Below are positions 27,794 to 32,706 of a stretch of 32,706 nucleotides of DNA, in pieces. Source of the stretch: Burkholderiales bacterium (GTDB lineage: Bacteria > Pseudomonadota > Gammaproteobacteria > Burkholderiales > Thiobacteraceae); NCBI GenBank assembly GCA_037478575.1, contig JBBFMG010000001.1, forward strand, positions 1,787-34,492, in the 5' to 3' direction. Numbering within the stretch: position 1 is the first letter of the stretch; each line of letters starts with the position of its first letter. The notes under the pieces were generated by a model that saw only the letters and a program-made list of their open reading frames with translations, searched no databases and was not told the DNA's origin. The position numbers and the translations under genes were made by a program.

Positions 27794-29083
27794 ATGCACT
27801 ACCTAACCAAAGCCGGGATTGATTCTATCCTGTTATGTCTGATTTGGCTGGTCGCGCTCCCGTCAGCCCTGGCCCAGACCCAGCAGATCTTCAGCCGCTA
27901 TCAGGACCGCGTGGTGCAGGTGCGCATCCTGGAAGCGTCCTCCGGTGCCAAGGCCGGTGTGGGCTCCGGCTTCGTGGTCAGCGCCTCCGGCCTCATCGTC
28001 ACCAACTATCACGTCATCGCCGATCTCGTCCACAAGCCCGGGCTCTATCGCGGCGAGGTGCTCACTGCCACCGGCCTGCTCGCGCCCCTGCGCCTGGTCA
28101 ATTTCGACGTGGTGCACGATCTGGCCCTGGTGGCCACGGATATCGCCTTCCCGCGCCACCTGACGCTGGCCACGGGGCCGGTGGCCATCGGCGAGCGCCT
28201 CTATTCCATCGGCACGCCCCTGGATCTCGGTTTCACCATCGTGGAAGGCACCTACAACGGCCTGCTGGAACATTCCCTTTACGAAAAGATCCACTTCACC
28301 GGCTCCATCAATCCGGGCATGAGCGGCGGTCCCGCGCTGTTGGCCGATGGCCGGGTGGTGGGCGTGAACGTGGCCACGGCGGGCAACCAGGTGAGCTTTC
28401 TGGTGCCCGCACGCTACGTGGCGGAGCTGCTGGCGCGCACCCCGGGCATCGCGCCCCTGGAGCCGGGCGCTGCGCAAGCCCTGTTGCAGCGTGACCTGGT
28501 GGCCAATCAGGCCCGTTACATGGAACGCCTGCTGGCACGGCCGCTGCCCACCGTTCCCCTCGGGGATTACCGTGTACCGGGCCTTGTGGCGCCTTTTCTG
28601 CGCTGCTGGGGGGATGCCGAACACGATCCGTCCAATGTCTATGAACAGGTCACACAGCAGTGCTCGTCCGAGGACGACATCTATCTGTCACGCACCCAGC
28701 AGACGGGGATGGTGCATTTCCAGCACGTGTTCGTCGCGGGACGCAACATCAATCGCTTCCGCTTCTATGCCCTGTACCAGGCCCAGTTCAACCAACCCTA
28801 CGAGAAGATTCCCGCGGAGCGGGAGGATGTGTCGCGCTTCGCCTGCCACACCGACTTCGTGCGCCATGGCAGCCTGGATTTCAAGGCCGCCCTGTGCCTG
28901 CGCCGCTACAAGAGGCTGCCGGGCCTGTACGATGCCGTGCTGCGTGCCGCCACCCTCGACCACAACACGCGGGGCCTGGTCACCACCTTAGTGCTGGCGG
29001 GGGTCAGCGCCGACAATGCGCACCGCTTTGCGCGCCATTACCTGGAAAGTTTTGCTCAGGAGAGAAGGCCGTGGAAACGGTGA
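27794..29083 (+). CDS. Exported trypsin-like (S1) serine protease with a Cys-containing C-terminal domain, no PDZ
   Basis: Signal peptide (ALA-Q), GSGF, TNYHV, HDLAL, INPGMSGGP catalytic triad. Confidence 0.9.
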   Translation: MHYLTKAGIDSILLCLIWLVALPSALAQTQQIFSRYQDRVVQVRILEASSGAKAGVGSGFVVSASGLIVTNYHVIADLVHKPGLYRGEVLTATGLLAPLRLVNFDVVHDLALVATDIAFPRHLTLATGPVAIGERLYSIGTPLDLGFTIVEGTYNGLLEHSLYEKIHFTGSINPGMSGGPALLADGRVVGVNVATAGNQVSFLVPARYVAELLARTPGIAPLEPGAAQALLQRDLVANQARYMERLLARPLPTVPLGDYRVPGLVAPFLRCWGDAEHDPSNVYEQVTQQCSSEDDIYLSRTQQTGMVHFQHVFVAGRNINRFRFYALYQAQFNQPYEKIPAEREDVSRFACHTDFVRHGSLDFKAALCLRRYKRLPGLYDAVLRAATLDHNTRGLVTTLVLAGVSADNAHRFARHYLESFAQERRPWKR

Positions 29084-30039
29084 TGGTGGCGGAAGTGCTG
29101 GACAAGTCCGGGCGGGTGCACAGCCGCCTGCGCCTGGAGCGCTTTCCCGTTTCCATCGGGCGCGGCTACCACAACGACATCATCCTGGACGACGAATTCG
29201 TGTCACCGGACCACGCCCGCATCGAGCTCGACGAGGCAGGCCAGCCGGTGGTGGTGGACCTCGACAGTGACAACGGCACCTATGTGCTGCCCCGGCTCAC
29301 CCGCATCACGCGCCAGCCCCTGGGGAGTGAAACCCTGCTGCGCCTGGGCCACACCCTGATCCGCCTGCGCAGCGCCGACTACCGGGTGCCCCCCGCGCGC
29401 CGCGACAGCCTGGGCCTGACCCGCGCCACACGCTGGCTCACCCAGGGGGCAGGGGCGGCGCTGGCCTATGGCACGGCGCTCGCGCTGATCATCCTCGATC
29501 ACTATCAGGGCAGTGCCGAGGTGGTGAGCCCGGAGCAGCTGCTCCTTGCGGCCCTGTCCATCGCCCTGGCGATTCCCGTGTGGGCCGGGCTGTGGGCACT
29601 GGTCAGTCGCAGCTTTGCCCACCATGCCTACTTCGTGCCCCATCTCGCCATCGCCAGTGCCGCAGTCGTGGCCTTTTTCGCGCTGGACACCCTGGGTCAG
29701 TACTATGCCTTTGCGTTTTCCGCGGGACTCTCGGCGGATCTGCTCTTCCAACTGGTGACCGTCCTGGTCTCAGCGGCCGCCCTGTACGGCCACCTGCGTT
29801 TCGCCACCCTGCTCACACCGCGGGTCATCGGCACCACGGCGCTCCTGACGGCCGTGGTGCTGGTGGGCATGACGGGTTTCAGCGATTACGTGGGCAGCCT
29901 GGAATTCAGCGACGACCTGCCCTACCCCGGAGAACTCAAACCACCGGCCTTCGCCTTCACGCAGCCCAAAACGCCTGCCCGCTTCGCCGAAGACGCAAAG
30001 GCCCTTCTCCCGGCCCTGGACGCGGGGGAGCTGGATTGA
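29071..30039 (+). CDS. FHA domain-containing membrane protein
   Basis: IGRGYHNDIILDDEFVSPDHARI, DLDSDNGT FHA motifs followed by about 5 TM helices; AGGAG RBS, overlaps the protease stop. Confidence 0.9.
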   Translation: METVMVAEVLDKSGRVHSRLRLERFPVSIGRGYHNDIILDDEFVSPDHARIELDEAGQPVVVDLDSDNGTYVLPRLTRITRQPLGSETLLRLGHTLIRLRSADYRVPPARRDSLGLTRATRWLTQGAGAALAYGTALALIILDHYQGSAEVVSPEQLLLAALSIALAIPVWAGLWALVSRSFAHHAYFVPHLAIASAAVVAFFALDTLGQYYAFAFSAGLSADLLFQLVTVLVSAAALYGHLRFATLLTPRVIGTTALLTAVVLVGMTGFSDYVGSLEFSDDLPYPGELKPPAFAFTQPKTPARFAEDAKALLPALDAGELD

Positions 30040-30148
30040 CTCGATTCCCGCAGCGCCGCTCCCAAAGCGCCGGCAGGGGGCATGGCGGGCGTCTTTGCCT
30101 GCCTTGACAGGGAAACGGCGCGGGGCGTCGAGTCCGGCTCAGGGCGTT

Positions 30149-30649
30149 TCAGGAAGGCAGCCAGGGATATTTGTCCCACAGTTCCGGATGGGCCCAGTAC
30201 TTGGCGTTGAACCACTCGGGTGCGGGCTTGTAGGTGAAAAGGTCGAACTTGTACAGATGGAACAGCTGTCCCGCCTCCTTCCAGGCGCCGGCCTCTTCCA
30301 TGCCGAGGGCGATGAAGTCGTTCGCCGTCCACGGATCCTTCCCAGCGCCCAAGGCGATGCGCACATACAGCCGCTGGGTGTGAACATCCCGCAACCGCGC
30401 AAGCAGCCGCACGGCCTCCGGTTTTGCCAGGGCTTCCACGACGCCGGCGACGAAGACGAGATCGAAGCGGGCATCCTGCGCGACGGATTGCAGCCAGGGC
30501 GGAGACTCCACCAGGGTGAGGGTGACGGCGGGCGCCAAGGCAGGTAGATCAGCCTGGGCGAACGGCCCCAGGGCCAGCAGGCTGCGCGGTTTCACGCTGG
30601 CCATCACCGGCTCGAGCGCGGCGGCACAGGGGGAATCGGGCACGGTCAT
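30149..30649 (-). CDS. DUF6231-like protein
   Basis: LLARLRD, W---DFIALG, Y-FDL-TYKPAPEWFNAKYWAHPE-WDKY; GAGGAG RBS. Confidence 0.75.
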   Translation of the reverse strand: MTVPDSPCAAALEPVMASVKPRSLLALGPFAQADLPALAPAVTLTLVESPPWLQSVAQDARFDLVFVAGVVEALAKPEAVRLLARLRDVHTQRLYVRIALGAGKDPWTANDFIALGMEEAGAWKEAGQLFHLYKFDLFTYKPAPEWFNAKYWAHPELWDKYPWLPS

Positions 30650-30653
30650 CTCC

Positions 30654-31703
30654 TCAGGGCGTGGAACGTCGATACAGGCGCTGCGCATTCTCGTGGCCCA
30701 CGCGGCGTGCCAGCTCGGCCGGCAGCTGCTCGACGATGGAGACCGTGGGCTCCAGCAGGGAGCCGGCGCGCCGCCGTCCCAGATCCGTGGTGCGGTAGAA
30801 CTCGTCGCTGCCGATCATGAAGCGGTCCGGAAACTCGGCGATCAACGCCACCCATTCCTCCTTGAGGCGCCCCTCGGCATCCAGGGGACGATTGAATACG
30901 GGCCGCGGGAATACCGCCTCCAGACTCAGGTAGAGATTCGGGTGCCGTGCGAGAAGTTCCCGCGTGCGCGCCACGGTGCGGGTGCCCAGCCAGTCCCAGC
31001 CGCAGTGGACCCACACGATGCGCGCGCCGCGGTTGTGGGCAAGCAGGCGTTCGAAGGCTGCCAGGTTGGGCGACAGCATCGACGGATTGGGCGGTGACTT
31101 CAGGATGGGAATGGCGGGCAAGGGCATTTCCTGCGGCACGGCTTCCATGTGCAGATCGATGACGAGCCCATGCGCCGCGGCGATATCCGCCAGCAGCAGC
31201 AACAGTTCGTGATCCGGCGGCGCGTAGAGGTAAGGATGATTGGCATGAAAGTTGGCGAATCCGAAATGCAGCGCCGCCATCTCGCCGAAGCCCGCGGCGC
31301 CGGCAGCTATGATCGCCTCGGCGCGCTTGCGGAAGCGCGCCCGCAGCGCCTCGTCCGTCCTTCCCGCGGCCACGGCTTCCTGGATCATGACGTTGAGCGA
31401 CCCGCCGCCGCCGAGAAAGGCGAAACGGTCCGGGTAACGCCGGACGACGGGGAGCAGCTCCTCGTAGTCGTAGTAGAAGCGCCGTCCTGCCGCCTGCGGC
31501 GTGGGCAAGAGCACCGACCAGGCGATGCCCAGACGGTCCATTTCCGCGATGGCCTGCTCCGCCGCCACACCGAATCCGGCCGTGCTGAAACCGCCAGGAA
31601 CCGCCTGGTCCAGGTGGACGTGGGTATCCACATGTCCGCCGGCCACGGCGATGCCCGCCGCCAAGGTCAGCCAAACTCCAACTACGCGCGAAAGCCCGTT
31701 CAT
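30654..31703 (-). CDS. Exported amidohydrolase-superfamily metalloenzyme
   Basis: Signal-peptide-like N-terminus, VDTHVH, GFGEM, IDLHME, WVHCG, RFMIGSD. Confidence 0.85.
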   Translation of the reverse strand: MNGLSRVVGVWLTLAAGIAVAGGHVDTHVHLDQAVPGGFSTAGFGVAAEQAIAEMDRLGIAWSVLLPTPQAAGRRFYYDYEELLPVVRRYPDRFAFLGGGGSLNVMIQEAVAAGRTDEALRARFRKRAEAIIAAGAAGFGEMAALHFGFANFHANHPYLYAPPDHELLLLLADIAAAHGLVIDLHMEAVPQEMPLPAIPILKSPPNPSMLSPNLAAFERLLAHNRGARIVWVHCGWDWLGTRTVARTRELLARHPNLYLSLEAVFPRPVFNRPLDAEGRLKEEWVALIAEFPDRFMIGSDEFYRTTDLGRRRAGSLLEPTVSIVEQLPAELARRVGHENAQRLYRRSTP

Positions 31704-31788
31704 CCTTCCCTCCCGAGGCCCGGGTATCCGAAGTTAGCGCCGATATCTCTTCATAAGGATTAACTGGAGCATATAACCCAATGATTTA

Positions 31789-31817
31789 TTGCATTTTGTA
31801 AACAAAGCCGCTATGCT
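31789..31817 (+). promoter_or_regulatory. Putative sigma70 promoter of the ParA gene
   Basis: TTGCAT-N17-TATGCT in an AT-rich divergent intergenic region. Confidence 0.55.
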
Positions 31818-31860
31818 GGCCCCGAGCCGGATCCCTTCCGGCAGGGGAGAGGTCTCTGCA

Positions 31861-32640
31861 ATGACCATCATCACCGTATTCAACCAGAAAGGCGGCGTTG
31901 GCAAGACGACGACCAGCCTCAATCTGGCCGCGGCCATGGCCGCGCGCGGGCAGCACCCGCTGCTCATCGACCTCGATCCCCAGTCCCACCTCACCCGTAC
32001 CCTGGGTGTGAGCATAGACCGGAGTGAAGAGAGCATCTATGCCTTTTTCCAACGCAGCCGGACCCTCGCCGATCTGGTGCGCACCGCCCCCAACGGCATC
32101 CGGCTGATTCCCGCCCACCTGGACCTGGCCAAGGCCGATGCGGTGTTCGGCAAGAGCTACAACATCGTCACGCGGCTCGCCGGCGCCCTGCGCGCCGAAA
32201 CCTTCGGCAGCGGGGAGGAACCGGTGGTGATCGACTGCAGCCCGATGCTCGGTGTGCTCTCCCTCAACGCGCTGTTTGCCTGCGATCTGGTGCTGGTGCC
32301 GATCTCCACTGATTTCCTCGCGCTCAATGGGGCAAGCCAGGTGGAAAAGACCCTCAAGGCCCTGGAGCATGTCCTGAAGAGGCGCCTGCCGCGCCGCTAT
32401 CTGCTCACCCGTTTCGACCGGCGCCGGCGCATGGCACGGGAAATCCTCGAAGCGGCACGACGGCAGTTTGGCGAGGACGTCTGCGCCACCACCATCTGCG
32501 AGGACGTGCGCGTGGCGGAGAGCCCGGCCCTCATGAAAAGCGTGTTCGAGCACGCGCCCAACTGCCGGGGGGCGCGTGACTATCTGGCCTTTCTGGAAGA
32601 GCTGCTGAACACCGGCTTCGCCCGTGAGAAGGCGGCCTGA
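31861..32640 (+). CDS. ParA/Soj family ATPase (orphan)
   Basis: NQKGGVGKTT deviant Walker A, IDLDPQ, IDCSP, VAESP. Confidence 0.92.
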   Translation: MTIITVFNQKGGVGKTTTSLNLAAAMAARGQHPLLIDLDPQSHLTRTLGVSIDRSEESIYAFFQRSRTLADLVRTAPNGIRLIPAHLDLAKADAVFGKSYNIVTRLAGALRAETFGSGEEPVVIDCSPMLGVLSLNALFACDLVLVPISTDFLALNGASQVEKTLKALEHVLKRRLPRRYLLTRFDRRRRMAREILEAARRQFGEDVCATTICEDVRVAESPALMKSVFEHAPNCRGARDYLAFLEELLNTGFAREKAA

Positions 32641-32645
32641 ACACG

Positions 32646-32706
32646 TCAACCCCAGGTTTCCAGCGTTTCCCGGATCTGCGGCAGCGCGGTGAAGGCCGCG
32701 CTGCCG
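32646..32706 (-). CDS. Probable 3' end of a convergent gene that starts beyond the window
   Basis: Open frame GSAAFTALPQIRETLETWG-TGA with GC3-rich codons, stop at 32646-32648. Confidence 0.4.
   Translation of the reverse strand, partial: GSAAFTALPQIRETLETWG

Noticed and set aside
28660-29070. N-terminal extension of the FHA protein
   Set aside because: It overlaps the protease CDS in another frame; the RBS and domain start support 29071 or 29083.

Overview
High-GC, betaproteobacterial-looking chromosomal window (taxon inferred from gene order only). Core genes fill most of it: argD(partial)-argF-DUF2283-argG-ppnP-proteasome/HslV-like Ntn protein (BPH-type)-yajQ-DJ-1, a glutamine amidotransferase divergent from an aspartic protease, an FKBP-motif/SAM-methyltransferase fusion, xseB-ispA-dxs-folE2, and a Rieske oxygenase-EamA-STAS group. 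An accessory block (about 15-27.7 kb) holds a DUF2157/DUF4401/GDYXXLXY triad, a decayed IS630, a sigma54 cyanate ABC transporter plus cyanase operon (cynABD-like/cynS), a GAF-AAA+-Fis activator, a second sigma54 operon (OsmC-like protein, atypical acyl-CoA-dehydrogenase-fold flavoprotein, DUF302, rubredoxin) and a DUF938 pseudogene. The right end has a trypsin-like protease/FHA membrane protein pair, DUF6231, an exported amidohydrolase and an orphan ParA. Two features stand out. (1) A 143-bp-period array downstream of folE2, in which the last 66 bp of the gene recur twice with mostly synonymous changes, each copy separated by a 77-bp structured palindromic element. (2) The cyanase-linked sigma54 redox operon, a candidate uncharacterised cyanate-generating (e.g. 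thiocyanate/cyanide-oxidising) pathway. No rRNA, tRNA or CRISPR array was seen. Family assignments come from motif recognition by eye, not database searches.
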